A DNA stretch of 63,977 nucleotides, the filler included, from Octopus bimaculoides (lineage: Eukaryota): the NCBI RefSeq assembly GCF_001194135.2. It is 6 parts of 6 records of this genome, joined end to end, with 100 filler letters (N's around TTAATTAATTAA, not from the genome) between each part and the next. Parts side by side here need not be neighbours in the genome. Positions count along the whole stretch, not along the records: positions 22,639 to 47,269 come from NC_068986.1; positions 47,370 to 57,287 come from NC_068989.1; 4 more parts are not named here. One strand, 5' to 3'. The stretch's first letter is position 1. Every line of letters begins with the position of its first letter. Under the pieces are notes generated by a model. That model saw only the letters and a list, made by a program, of their open reading frames with translations. It was not told the DNA's origin and searched no databases. Positions 38,654-51,782 of the stretch are shown piece by piece. A program made the translations under genes and the position numbers.

Positions 38654-39319
38654 TCACGCACAACACGTACACCATGCTTCCATCTCTTTTGGAACGTACA
38701 CTCCGACAGACATCTCTTCTCCAGCAACATCTTCCTTTTCAAATGAAAAGTAAAAAAATGATCGTAAATTGTGGCCAGAGATAAAGTTGCCTGTCTTAAT
38801 TCCTTTCATCCTAATCTTCCATACTGCCTCTTTCGCTATTGCTACAACCGTGAGAAAACAATTCTTACCTTCGTTTGTTAAAACTTCCGGTGGGTCAATT
38901 TTTATAATTGACTCAGTCGACAGCTGAACTCTTCCTTCGCCGGACAAAAGGTGTTCAACATAAGCCCACATTTCAATTGTCTCTGGACACTGAACAATAG
39001 CGTGAGGGAAAGTTTCTCTGTCTCCCACGCATCTTGGACAGGTCGGCGACTGACGCTTACCGTGTCTTACGAACTTATCCCAAACGGGCAAGGCACCTCT
39101 GTAACATTGCCAGGTTAAGGGCTTTTGGAAGTTGTTCAACGTTCTCAACCCGAATGTACGGTGATACAGGCTGTCCAGTTGAATAAACCCGAAACCTAGA
39201 GTCGCCCCCAGGCCATCGTCACATTCAGACTCTATATAAAATCTTGCGAAGGGCCAATCACGCCTGTGGAGGTGATGGAGGCTTTGGCCGACTGCAAAGC
39301 GGATAGGTCTCTCTCGCAT
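38654..39319 (-). mobile_element. L1/Tx1-like LINE C-terminal fragment
   Basis: RGALPV..CPRC...ETFPHAIVQC zinc-binding C-terminus. Confidence 0.7.
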
Positions 39320-39334
39320 TATATATATATATAT

Positions 39335-39935
39335 AAGGTTGTTTCACATGAAATGTCGTATTTTTAATTGATTCTTATTTCAGTCATTTAAAAACTCAAT
39401 TATGTATACCTTGCATTTAATCTTGACTCTTTTCTTTTCCCAACAATATTGGTATACAAAATTCGTACCCACACACCTTATGAAAATGATAACAACCAAA
39501 CTATGTTGAGTGATTTTCTCGTATGAGTAGAGTACAAACTAGGTCACTCTACCGCAGAAGCTCTACGGAATATCGAGCGGGCCTTTGGTAATAGTTTTGT
39601 TGATATGAAAACTGTTCAGAGATGGTTCCAAAGCTCTCGCTCAGGAGATGGTAGCCTTGAAAATAAACCAAGGGGTAGGCCAATCTCAGTTATTCGGCAT
39701 GGTGGATTAAATGCTTTGGTTGAACAAAATCCGAGAACAAAGGTTCGAAAACTTTTATCAGAAATCCAAACATCTCGCACAAATGTTTTGGACACCTGTA
39801 AAGAATTGGAAGTCAAGAAAACGAATAGGTTTGTTCCACATCAACTGAACGAGATTAAAAAAAAAACAGACGCCTCGAAGTGTGCTCCTTATTGATTTCT
39901 CGACTGGAAAAAGACCATTTTTGCATCACTTGTGA
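39335..39935 (+). mobile_element. mariner transposon 5' fragment
   Basis: TVQRWFQ..SLENKPRGRP..VEQNPR..FVPHQLNE. Confidence 0.85.
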
Positions 39936-40096
39936 TGAGAAATTTTTACTTCTTTACTTCTCTACTTCTCTACTTTCTCCCCTTCGGTTTTTTTCCCCTT
40001 ATTTAACGGTCATTCTAATAGCTCTTTTGCTTTAATAATGGTCAATTACATAGTAATTTCCCTTTGTTTAATGGTCATTTTCATAGCATTTTTTGA

Positions 40097-40168
40097 TTGC
40101 CTCAATAACTGACGAGATGCCAGAGGTTTCCGCCCCGACATCCGAAACTCGGAGTCTTATTATGGCAA
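40097..40168 (+). ncRNA. Type I hammerhead ribozyme-like motif (family A)
   Basis: UUGCC-UC-AAUAA CUGACGA GAUGCCAG[loop]CCGACAUC C GAAAC U-CGG-A GUC UUAUU-AU-GGCAA; canonical GUC triplet at 40154-40156. Confidence 0.82.
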
Positions 40169-40275
40169 CCGAATAATTGTCACATATTATATCACAGATA
40201 AATTCCTCTATTTACATAATATCGAGGTTTCATTCATTCTTTTGTTGTCTTACCATTACTACTAATATATATATA

Positions 40276-41062
40276 TTGGGTCATCCCATAAATAATGCGG
40301 ATTTTTATACTTCTTGTATTTTTCAAAATTAAGATAAACAAAGTTCTTTTTTAATCTAAAATATATTCTCCTCCATTTTCTACAATACTCTTCCATCTAT
40401 CTGGTAGACTTGCAAGGCCTCTCTTCCAAAATTCACTTGTCCGTGATGACAAATACTCGTCCTGTACTGTTCTAACCTCGTCTACAGAATTCATATTTTT
40501 TCCGTCCAAATGATTTTGAAGACTGCGGAATAAAGGAATAAATGATAACCAGATGTGGCAATGTCCGGCGAATATGGTAGGTCGGGCATTGTTTCCCATT
40601 CAAACTGCTCCAGCCTTTGGAATGTCATCCTCGCTGTATGTGGCCCAGCATTATCTTGATAGAAGATAGGGTTTGCAGGACGTCCTCACCAAGCTCTACA
40701 GATCTTCCAGGATGAGGCTCGTTTTCTAGGCAGTAGTTTCCGGATCGAAATTACTGAAACCACTGTTGACACTGTCTTACGCTTATTGTCCGATCCCCAT
40801 ACACGGCATTAATATTCCTCGCACTTTCCGTTGCGGTTTGGCCTTTATTGAACACATAAAGTAACATATGCCTAATATGCTCCTTTGTCACTTCCATTAT
40901 AACTTTGAAAAAATAACTTAAAATCGAACCGCACCCTTCAAAACTTGCATTAAGAATAAGGACAACGTAAAATTACTAACTGCAGGTAGTTTATCCAATC
41001 TCCCTCTGACTTTTAGTTCATGCAATTGAAAAAAAAACTGCATTATTTATGGAATGACCCAA
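40276..41062 (-). mobile_element. mariner transposon with both TIRs and TA duplication, internally deleted
   Basis: TA|TTGGGTCATCCCATAAATAATGCG .. GCATTATTTATGGAATGACCCAA|TA; C-terminus LFRSLQNHLDGK..LPDRWKSIVENGGEYILD. Confidence 0.93.
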
Positions 41063-41497
41063 TATGATTTAAAACAGTTTCATTCGGCTCCGTACAACTT
41101 AATGCTTCGCAGTATTTTATTAGGAGCCCGCACAAGCCGAATCAAACTTTTAAATAATTCATGTGACCCCTACGAAATATGTCGAGTATCCATTTTTCTT
41201 TCGTTTGTCCGCTCACTTGTGTATTTGTAAAATATACCGTGATATTGTGGTATCGCTATCTCATCTCCAGAACATTTGTTGAATGCAATGTAAATTCTGT
41301 TATTTTGCTGCGAGATATACACTTTAAAAAATATTAAAAATGTTATCGCATCCAAAAATCTATTTATACGTTTATGCGGGTAACTTTGTGTTAATTTGCT
41401 TTTCAAAATGTTTTTGTGACGCATTATTATGAAAGTGAATATTTCATACCTGACATGCCATAATCTCTTAAATGATTTACTGGTTGATCCATTTTAG

Positions 41498-41629
41498 GTT
41501 ATGTATATGTACTACTTGCTTGCTCATAGACTCCCAATTTTGGCCGATGAAAGGGTAAATTTGATATTAAACGTAAACTCATATGAGTATGACCTCGACA
41601 AAATAAGAGAGAAGGAAATAAATAAACTG
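41498..41629 (+). CDS. CHS: Chitin synthase exon (phase 0 to 0)
   Basis: VMYMYYLLAHRL..; ttttag| and CTG|gtaata. Confidence 0.92.
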
Positions 41630-43275
41630 GTAATATTGCTGATAATTTCTATATTTTCTTTTATTACATTTCCTGCAATTTAGTTTTCAGATATTTCTTA
41701 AGTTGAGGTTTGGGCGTCTACATCTTTTATATTTGCCGCAATTGTTCTAAATCGAGAATGATTTTTAAAATAAAAATTAGTTGATTTTTCACACTAAGAT
41801 ATCGTTTCACACTGTCGAATTTCTTCAGATATATAGTTTGTCATTCTTAAAGAAGTGGATAAATTAATTACCACCAGTACATGTAGTTCAAATGTCTGTC
41901 TTTCATTTAAATAAATGGGTTCGAATCTTCTTGCTGGCTCTGTTGTGCCAGAAGCAAGGCCCCAAATATTCCATGCAATTTTACCTTGGTGTAAGAATGT
42001 TTAATGAAAGTTAACAGCTACTTATTAATGTAATGAGTGTTAATGTAACTCAGAATAGTAATTTTGGTAATTTATTTCCACTGATATTGAATAGTCTCAC
42101 GAGAAAACATTTTAGAAGTCATATATTTAATTCTCAACAGCTTGTTACAGTATTACAATAGTAAGGCTGTTTGACAGACTTATTGAGGTCTATATCCTTC
42201 AAAGGCTTTAACTTTCCGTTGTATGTAAGTTCGTTTATCTGCTCTCTTTGCCGACGGCAGAATGCGCACTAACGTGAGATAGTTGCCTCCATAGGATGAA
42301 TCTATATTATTGGACGTATCTTATGTTACTCACAACAGTCATGCTCTTCCCCTGCTGGCTTAGGGCAAGTGAGAAGAAGGTATTAATTTTGGAATTTTCC
42401 TTCTCTCAGATTGATTGCGTTCCTGCAGAGGATCTCAATAAACCTTTACAAAAATCTATTTAACCTATAGATGGGACACACAGGTACTGTTGTTCCGGGT
42501 CAGAACGAATATGGGACTAATGGTAATTAAGGGGTGATTCCATGATCCCCACAACTCCAGAACTCCCTAGCTGAGCCTCACTACCGGATACAGTTTAATG
42601 TCGTACCTATGTAAGTACATTCATTAAAATCAAAGATATTTCCCGATATAGCTGTCCTTTCTCTCAACCAGAGGAAGACAAGTTGTGTTCATAACTTTTT
42701 GGCTCACCGTAACTGGTTAGAGGAAGATATCTTCAGACCTGACTCAAATGCTTGCAAGAAAATGAATCCTTCTACATATGTTCGTGGTTGATGTGGTAAT
42801 GTTAAAGCGAGTGACAAATTAAATTTACCACGCATATATTGATAGTACAAAAAGTTTGTAGTCATTTTTAGAGATGCTCTTCGTTTCTTATGCAGCGTCT
42901 TCCCAAATGACTAGTAAATGAATAACAGGAAAACGCAATTCATAAATATCATCCCACTCTGAAGTTCCAAACAAATATATGTTCGACTTTCTTTAACGCT
43001 TTTATCAAATTTTCCCCCAAGTAATATGTAGATTAAAAGTATACTATGCCATCCTTAAGTTAAAAATAAGAAAATCATAAAACAGAAAATAAGTAAAATG
43101 AAGACTTTTCTGTAACCAAAATAAAGATGTAAAAAATGAAATATATGTATTACTAAGTGTTTACAATGACTCTGTTACAATGCAATAAAGTTTATTTTAC
43201 ATACATGTTTTAGAATTAAATCTCTCGTCAAAGAATATATTAAAAAAAAACTGATAATGAACTAAACTATTTCAG

Positions 43276-43411
43276 GCCAAGAAGACATTTATTTTGGCTC
43301 TTGATGGTGATGTTGATTTTCAACCTGATGCAGTTGAAAAGCTGTTGGATCTTATGAAAAATGATAAAAAATTAGGAGCTGCATGTGGACGAATCCATCC
43401 AATGGGGAAAG
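43276..43411 (+). CDS. CHS: Chitin synthase catalytic-domain exon (phase 0 to 1)
   Basis: FILALDGDVDFQP..LGAACGRIHPMG; tttcag| and G|gtatag. Confidence 0.97.
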
Positions 43412-43944
43412 GTATAGCTACTTCTTTCTCTACATATTCTATCTTTTCTTTTTCGTTTTATTCGTAATGACATCCGGTTGTTAGGGTTTGAATAATTTAC
43501 CAAATTGTCCTCAAAATGTTTAGCTGGATGTAGGTGCAGCTCAGATCTCAACCTCGAGTGGTTGGTGATAGCGATCATATATAATGTGAAATAGAATCAC
43601 ATATCTTTTGAGGAATATAACATAATTGTAGCTATCTTAATGTACTAGTAATAAAATGAGTGCTAACATCTTTAATGTACCATTCCAAGATGATTTGACT
43701 AATAAAAATTGCACTTGTAGTGAGGAGGAATAATCGGTATCATAACTAATTCTAAGAAATGTAAAGGACATAACCTCGGAATTTAAATTAACTAAAATTA
43801 ATTAGATTCAAGTGAGGAGTTAGCTTGATCTTTGGAGCTTTTACATTACTGTTAAACCTCATCAGGGAAGTGTAGACTAAACATTTAGCTTACAAAACTA
43901 TTTTATAAAAATATGTAAAGATACGGTTGATCATATCAACCAAA

Positions 43945-44060
43945 AAACCTAATGTACCTCAGAAGGGTGAAAAGTAAAGACGATCTCGGTGGCATTCTAA
44001 TTCAGAACACAGAAAAAAGGAACGAAATGCTGCAGGACATTTTTCGTCGCTTGACAATCC
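43945..44060 (-). mobile_element. SINE family 2, diverged
   Basis: Weak similarity to the copy at 44725-44868. Confidence 0.55.
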
Positions 44061-44724
44061 ATTGCTCTGGACTATTCTGTAATGTTGATATTTTATTATT
44101 TTTTTTTTTGTAATGCACAATGTACAGTGCACGTGGGCAATTCTTTTGCTGAAACAGGTTTCAAATTTATACAGGATGTGATTTTTAAAAATTATTTCTA
44201 GGGGAAATCGAATTTGCTTTCAATGACTTTTGGGTACTGATTTTTTGTAGTTCATCGGTTTATCAACAATTTATTACGTATTAGTAAGGTAATTACACCA
44301 TATTGAAATAGAAATTGCTTTTAACTGTCAGACATGGCCGATAACTTGATGTCTTTCTAATATATACAAGTCCCTATAATATCATTAAAATTTAAAAGCA
44401 TTAAGAGCTGTCAAATTCACTTGTTATTTATTTCAAGATACATTTTGAATATCAAGGCGATCTTGATGTTCCATTCTTGTAGTCCAAGTTTCGGTACCGT
44501 TGAGAATGCCTCTTATGCATTCCCTGAAGAAAGTCATCTTTGTTGAATTTAATGTTCTGATTGCCAGATAATTCACAGTATATTATGGGGCCAAAATAAC
44601 CCTTAGCATGAGAACGATACCAAAGAGGAAATGTAATGTACACATTCAGCCCATCTCTACGATTATTGCTCAAAGCTGGGTAGGTTCACTGGCCACTGCT
44701 ATCATGACGAAGATCATTCAATTA

Positions 44725-44868
44725 TATTCTTTTCTACTCTAGGCACAAAGCCCGAAATTTTTGGGGAGGGGACCAGTCGATTAGATTGACCCCAGTACGC
44801 AACTGGTACTTAATTAATCGACCCCGAAAGGATGAAAGGCAAAGTCGACTACGGCGGAATTTGTACTA
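44725..44868 (-). mobile_element. SINE family 2 copy, 5'-truncated
   Basis: GACCCCAGTACGCAACTGGTAC..CGAAAGGATGAAAGGCAAAGTCGAC..GGCGGAATTTG. Confidence 0.88.
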
Positions 44869-45675
44869 ACACATTTGAGACAAAATTGAAATATTTATAA
44901 AAAAAAAACGTAGTCCACAAACTTTACCTGCATAAAACATAGAGGTTAAAATTGTACATATCAATCAAATTGATTATGGAACGAATCTCCAGAGAGAAAC
45001 ATACTACAATAACCTTTACACCTAAACACATCCGCTTGTGAACATAAGCAAATTTCTATACTAACAACACAATGACATATTCGGATAATAACCCCCATCT
45101 TCCAAATAAGAACAAGAATTACCCTAAATAACAACAGCTACTAAAGAAAGTGGCCAGCTTACTCCTACTTACATTCATTTGTGAAACCTTAAAGATTTCC
45201 ATTACAAAAAAGTTGACACACACAATTACTAAGTTTTCAAATACTGGACCTTTGACACTTACATTATCAAAACAAGAGTTAAATCCATTAAAAACAACTA
45301 ACATCCTATACGCACGTGCCATAAAGGGTAATAAATATTTACATCTTACAATGTTCTACATACATGAATAAATTATTATCACTAACATAGCCCCAAATTT
45401 AATCAATAAAAATTTCTCCAAAACACCTCTCTATAATAACCCTCCCTAAAATCTAATTACTACTCCACTCAGACCCACATACCCAAGGACGATTTCAACT
45501 TAACAGAGACAGTATAAAGCGAACGTTAACTTCAATGCATTCCAATCCAACGATGGGTTAAGTGGGCAAAACTTCGAAGTCACTGTCAATAATATCATTG
45601 TTTAAGAATAAGTATACACATATATGTGTGTATACATGTGCACAAATACATATGCACACACATCTATGCGCATAC

Positions 45676-45780
<105 letters not shown>

Positions 45781-45881
45781 GTACATACACTCACACACAA
45801 ACACACTCACACACACTCACACATACACATATACAAAGGTATATATACAAACATTGTTTTCTGTATTCGATTATTTTACAG

Positions 45882-46082
45882 GTCCAATGATATGGTTTCA
45901 AATTTTTGAGTATGCCATTGGCCATTGGTATCAGAAGGCAACCGAACATGTGCTTGGTTGTGTTTTGTGCAGCCCCGGTTGTTTCAGTTTATTCCGAGGT
46001 TCAGCTCTAATGGATATGAATGTTATGCGAAAATACACTATCCTACCAACAGAACCGCAACATCACTTACAGTATGACCAAG
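45882..46082 (+). CDS. CHS: Chitin synthase catalytic-domain exon (phase 1 to 1)
   Basis: GPMIWFQIFEYAIGHWYQKATEHVLGCVLCSPGCFSLFRGSALMD..QYDQG; tttacag| and G|gtttgt. Confidence 0.98.
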
Positions 46083-46120
46083 GTTTGTACGGTTTTTGTT
46101 CTAAAATATTATACGAAAAG

Positions 46121-46191
<71 letters not shown>

Positions 46192-47108
46192 ATTTTTGCT
46201 ACTACAGTTCCATTCTAGCAGCATCTCTCAACTTTAGCTGCCTAGCACCTTTCCAACCGTTCTTGTTGGTTTAAGTAAATAGGTTTTCAGTAGAGTGAAG
46301 AGATTATTTCTATATCTAACATTCTCAACGAAACCAACCATTTTAACTTCATGAAATTGTTTCCGAGTGTTTAAGGAAAAATACAGTGTATCAGTTAGCG
46401 TAACAACAGGGGATCATAATATTATTATTTTGGTTCATCTGCTACAATTTGGAGATCTAGATTTCATAATCAATCTCATTCATTTAAACATTAATATTAA
46501 TACTTACAAAAATATATGTTGATATAACGTTACCTAGATTATCCAAAATTAGTGAAATTCGAATTGAACCAGTACATAAATGCCTACAAAAAGAACCCTT
46601 AAAGCGAATTCAAGCTAAGACATTGCTGTATTCAACTAATTGTAACGTCATTTGATAACGAAAAAAATTATAAAAAAGGACATAATTAAGAAAGGTCATT
46701 TTTGTATTCAAGTTTTGGTAACGTCAGTAGATAACGAAAAAAAAATGAGAATTCTACAGGAGTGAATGTATATCCAGGTAAGGGTACGGGTATATCCGTG
46801 GGTCTGTGATTGTATGTATGTATGTATGTATGTATGTATGTATGTATGCTTGTTTGAGTGAGAGGATAGATAGGTAAAGATACCCCACTACTCTAGTCTA
46901 CCACTGATATGTTACTCCATACTCCTTTTAGCAATAATCTAAATAAAACTAACTTATATACTTAATCTAAGAACCCCTCACTTAAGAACACAAAAGAGGT
47001 GACCCTGACAGGACACCTTACATGCTAAAAGGAACAGTCAAAGTCCAAACTACGGTTAAGAGTAATTTCGAAGGGGGTGAAAAATAAACACATTTTCAAT
47101 AGTTACAA

Positions 47109-47177
47109 CTTGTGCCTAGGTTTCGAACATTAATGAACAAATAAAATAATTTGTTATCCGTGTTCTTCATCAGCAAG
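47109..47177 (-). ncRNA. Hammerhead-like motif with palindromic stem III (family C), U16.1 mutated
   Basis: CUUG CUGAUGA A GAACA[..AACAAAU/AUUUGUU..]UGUUC GAAAC CUAGG CA CAAG. Confidence 0.6.
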
Positions 47178-47313
47178 GGCGCTAGAAATGAACGTATAAT
47201 TATGGGACAAATAGATAGCACATGCCCCATGAATGTACACTAATTTTATATATATATATATATATATATNNNNNNNNNNNNNNNNNNNNNNNNNNNNNNN
47301 NNNNNNNNNNNNN

Positions 47314-47325
47314 TTAATTAATTAA
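47314..47325. other. Assembly spacer TTAATTAATTAA in a 100-bp N gap
   Basis: N44-spacer-N44. Confidence 0.9.
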
Positions 47326-47394
47326 NNNNNNNNNNNNNNNNNNNNNNNNNNNNNNNNNNNNNNNNNNNNTATATATGTATATGTATTTGTATAT

Positions 47395-47910
47395 GGATAT
47401 CCACGTAAAAAACAAAGCTCCACAGTAACAGCAGACATATTCTACAGAAAAACTGACACACCAATATCTAAATTTCTACTCTTGCCATCCCTCATGCATC
47501 AAAAGAAACATACCATACAACATGGCAATACGCTTTTGCGTTATAGTGACTGACCCCAAAATACGTGAAATCCGACTCAACGAACTCAAAGGCTTCCTCA
47601 CAATGCAGAAATACCCCAAAGGATTAATTAATGAGAGAATTAAAAAGCGATGAAACCGAGCATCACCCAACTACTGACACCCAAGGAAAAAGTTAATGAA
47701 AACACGATTCTGTTCGTTAATACACACAGTCCTGGAATAACCAACAATTTTCTCGCCATGAAATCGAACTCACCACCCATACCCCTACAAAGAGCCAAGA
47801 TGAAAAATCTGATTGAAAAAGACACCTTACGGAACAGTAGACGCCAACCAAAAAATCTTGAAAAACATTCCATAAGGGCAGAATTCAAATCGGGTATCTC
47901 TGCTAGTGTT
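47395..47910 (+). mobile_element. Penelope-like element RT thumb/linker fragment
   Basis: ADIFYRKTD..QYLNFYSCHP..KRNIPYNMA..RLNELK..KYPKGLI; NSRRQPKNL. Confidence 0.85.
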
Positions 47911-47943
47911 TTATAAAGCTTAAAATATCAAATCTATTTTCTG

Positions 47944-48031
<88 letters not shown>

Positions 48032-48139
48032 TACATACATACATACATACATACATACATACATACACATACACTCACCCGCATGTATACGTATATATGA
48101 AGGTCCCCTTCAGTCATGAATGACTATGGGATTACAACT

Positions 48140-48465
48140 AAGTTTTTGCCATAGGTGTCCTAGGAATGATAGCAAAAGGGGCTGATTGCTATCTTTCTCA
48201 GATACCAGGAAATCCAAATTTAGCAGAAATTCAATAAATAGTGCTCATGGAAACTGGCTATATCCTACGTAAAATACTGTCTATTTAATCTCAAATTTTA
48301 AAGCAAACTTAGTTTTCTTATGGTTTCTTAAACATTCTCGAGAACAATACTTTGTGCAAAACCAAATATATGTCACGCTAGGCATAACAACAACTTGGAC
48401 TTCTAACTTGTTGTCTCTGAGTGAGACTTGGAGTCAACTTGTAGAAATACAAAGCAAAAGTTGAA

Positions 48466-48467
<2 letters not shown>
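48140..48467 (+). mobile_element. 3' end of an R4/Dong-like element, followed by (AAT)n
   Basis: Homologous to 53913-54250 (GVLGMIAKGAD..IPGNP plus 3' UTR). Confidence 0.85.
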
Positions 48468-48506
<39 letters not shown>

Positions 48507-48557
48507 TTAATGATAATAATAATAATAATAATAATGATAATAATGATAATAATAATA

Positions 48558-48589
<32 letters not shown>

Positions 48590-48855
48590 AATAATGATAA
48601 TAATAATAATAATAATAATTCATCCCAGGGCAAAGGATGAAGGGATACAATATAAATACAGACAAAAAGTGTGGGGGTTTGCTTAAATGAAATGATAAAA
48701 TAATTAAATTACAAAAAATGATGATGATGATGATGATGTTAATGATAATGATGGTGGTGATGATATTTATGATGATAATGATGATGATGATTATAATAAT
48801 GATGATAATAATAATAATAATAATGATAATAATAATAATGGTGATGATGATGATA

Positions 48856-48889
<34 letters not shown>

Positions 48890-49469
48890 GGATGATGATA
48901 ATTTGCTTTCGGGCTGTTAACCTCTCGCCCGGCATGTTTCTCAGATTAAAATGATGTTTTCATCTGTCTAATCCCTAGGAGCCCTCTTCCTACATTCATG
49001 CATTTTCCTACTTAATCAAGTAGCCAAGCGGTGGATTTGTTTATAGCTTGTGGGTGAATCGTGTTTTCTGGTGTGTTTACATTTAGCAGTGTGCTGTATT
49101 ATGACTAATGCTTCCATCATTTTGTTTGTTTTTGTGGGAGAATTCTGCATATATGTTGTTTAGTGCAACGTGTAATTTTGCTTTGTATTGTGCTGAGAGT
49201 AGTTCATTACACTCGCTTTTTGTTGTAAGTGCATGGGGAGCTATTTTGAAAGTGACGCACTTGTGTACAGAGATGTAAACTTTCACACGTCCACTTACAT
49301 CAGCAATCGTTAGCTTGCTTTTGGGTTGTTAAGCCTATGGTTTGCTATTGATAAGGAATGTTTTTGAAATGCATCTTAGTGTTTTTTTTAATGTTTTTTG
49401 TATTTTACGATTTGATGCAATTTGTATTGTGTAGTGCTTTGATGATGTGCTCGCCACTTCTATGGAGAT

Positions 49470-49615
49470 GCAGCCATGCTGGAGCATCATCTTTAAGCAG
49501 TGAGTCGAACAAATCGACCCCAGCACTAATTCTGTTAAGTCTGTTTCTTATTCTATTCATCGTTTTTCCCCCGAACCACTAAATTACTGGGACGTAATAA
49601 ACAGACACTGTATAT
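49470..49615 (-). mobile_element. SINE family 3 copy
   Basis: GCAGCCATGCTGGAGCA..TCGACCCCAG. Confidence 0.75.
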
Positions 49616-50299
49616 GTATGCATATACTGAATTAGTGCTTAAGCACTACAGAAATATATTCACTGAATTTAAGAGTTGAATTTTGAACATGCAAAAAAAA
49701 TAACCTCACTGGCACGTTGGTACATCAGTATTTTCTGAGGCCATGCATGCCAATGAGTAAATAGGATTTAACATGTCTGCTGTTAAATTAACCTCGTGTG
49801 TTTTCCTTTTCGATACGAGTCCGTTTGCTTCTGTCGATTATATGTTTTAGGCACAGCTCCAATTAATTTTAATCTGTTTTAGTTGAATTGCTTGAGTTCG
49901 TCGTCATCATTGTTTTGTTGTTTAGTCCCAGGTTAGATCTCATCAAACAAACTTAGGATAAAAAAAAACAACATTTCAACTGTGGCTATACTTCCTTTTC
50001 CATTGCCTTGTCACTTTCTAAAGCTAGGATTTGCCTGTGTGATTTGAAGGATATTTGTCTGCTAGTTCCAGCAGGTTGAGTGACAATACAGATGCTCCCA
50101 TGCTGGCTCAAATTACAATAGTCAATTTATTCTTAATAAATCTATGCTGTAAGGCTCAATGCAGTTAACTGTTTTCATATGTTAGTACAAGGTACAAGAA
50201 ATACCTGAGGGTACTTAATTATCAGTATATTACTCTCTTCAAACCAATTAAAAGGTTTTTATTTATTTCAGATCCCCTAAGACAGATAAAAGGCTAACA

Positions 50300-51247
50300 C
50301 AAGAAATGAAAAGGCATGCAGTGATATTTGCTACGTATGCTGAATACAGCGATTTAGAAATTTCCAGCTTTCTAAATGTTGCAAGGTCTTTTGTACACAA
50401 AGTTCGGATGGATCGGAAGGATCTGGTGAGAATGTTTCAACTGTATCAAAGAGAAAAAAAAACATTCTAAATGTTCCGATACTATAAGGACACCGCAATT
50501 TATCCCGCGTGGAGTTGGAGTGAACTAGCAATTCTGTGGTGCACGAGGACTTCCAATATGGCTTGTGTGTACTGGGGAGAGACCAATTCATGCCTGCAAA
50601 GACACAGAGAAACGATTTGTTCCGTGCCATGTGGTTACTTAACAAGTTTAAACCCCTCACAAACATGGTATGCTCTTCTTCTTCTATAATTAGAAACGAT
50701 TCAACGAAGATCGAAAGTGTAACAGGAAAACTAACAGATATCATGTGCAGATACTACTAATGTTCTCAGAGTGGTGTACATTTAGTTTCCAGCAACTGTG
50801 ATGGTTTATAAAGTGTGGTGAGTAATGAAGGTTATGCCATACTACCTCACATCTTTTCACAGTGTCTTATAATTAATGCAGCTGGGTATGTTGCGTTGCT
50901 GGAGACAGTTGTTAAGAACTTGATGGATGAAGCACACAATGGAAGGCCATAGGTGTTTCAACTTAGCACCTTATCACAAAGTCCACGTAACTGTGAGGCA
51001 GTTTTGACAATTAAGTAACATATTTGTGACCCTAAACTCACGACTTTTAAATGTCATGGATGACTACGTTTGGAGCACTATTGAAAGAGAGACTAATCGA
51101 CATCCTTACACTACCCTAGCTTCATTGAAGGCTGCCGTTACCCAAGTGATGTCCAGAAGGAATAAAGACCATTTAGTACTGACGTGTCAACGGTTCTGGT
51201 CACGAACTGAAGCAGTAATTCAAGCTGAAGGCGGATACTTAGAATAA
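50300..51247 (+). mobile_element. DD37D (maT-like) Tc1/mariner transposase remnant
   Basis: MKRHAVI..EISSFLNVARSFVHKV; VHED..QFM..LLNK; DDYVWSTIERETNRHP..SLKAAV..EAVIQAEGGYLE. Confidence 0.8.
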
Positions 51248-51339
51248 TCTTATAAGAAAGCTTAACGAAAACGTGCAGAAATTCTTGTTAAAATACCGTA
51301 ATCACTAGCCATATCGTCCTCAGTATGGATTTTTCTGGC

Positions 51340-51782
51340 TAATATAAGCAAATTCATATCGCGGACTTTTCAGTATATCGCGGGTTCCGGGTTTCTGGGC
51401 CTGATAGGTATTTATATTCTTTTTAGATTTTAATTATTTCTGTGGTAAGATAAGCATTTTAACGCCTAAAAATTAATAAGTTAATAGATAAAAATACAGT
51501 ACAATACTGCACTGGATAACACATTAATTAAAATATATTAAAATAAAATACGCAGTGTACCGTAAATGAGTAAACAAAGAATCGCACATGCTGTATGAAA
51601 AACGAAACTCGGGAGGCGAGTGTGTGGTATTGTTTTGCATTTATAATAAAATAAATATATGCAAATTATAAAAATAATAAAAAAAGATATACAGTACAGT
51701 ACTGTTTCTCCTTTGCGGATTTTCACTTATCGTGGGGGTTTTTTTGAACGTAACACCCGCGATAGTCGAGGGATTACTCTAC
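51340..51782. mobile_element. pogo/Tigger-like MITE remnant
   Basis: Right end ..CCCGCGATAGTCGAGGGATTACT with a partial ATATCGCGG left counterpart. Confidence 0.45.

Noticed and set aside
43825-43870. CTGATGAG on the minus strand as a hammerhead
   Set aside because: No GAAAC and no consistent stem II.
44870-45590. Decayed LINE endonuclease region
   Set aside because: Only a faint FNA-like word; cannot be classified.
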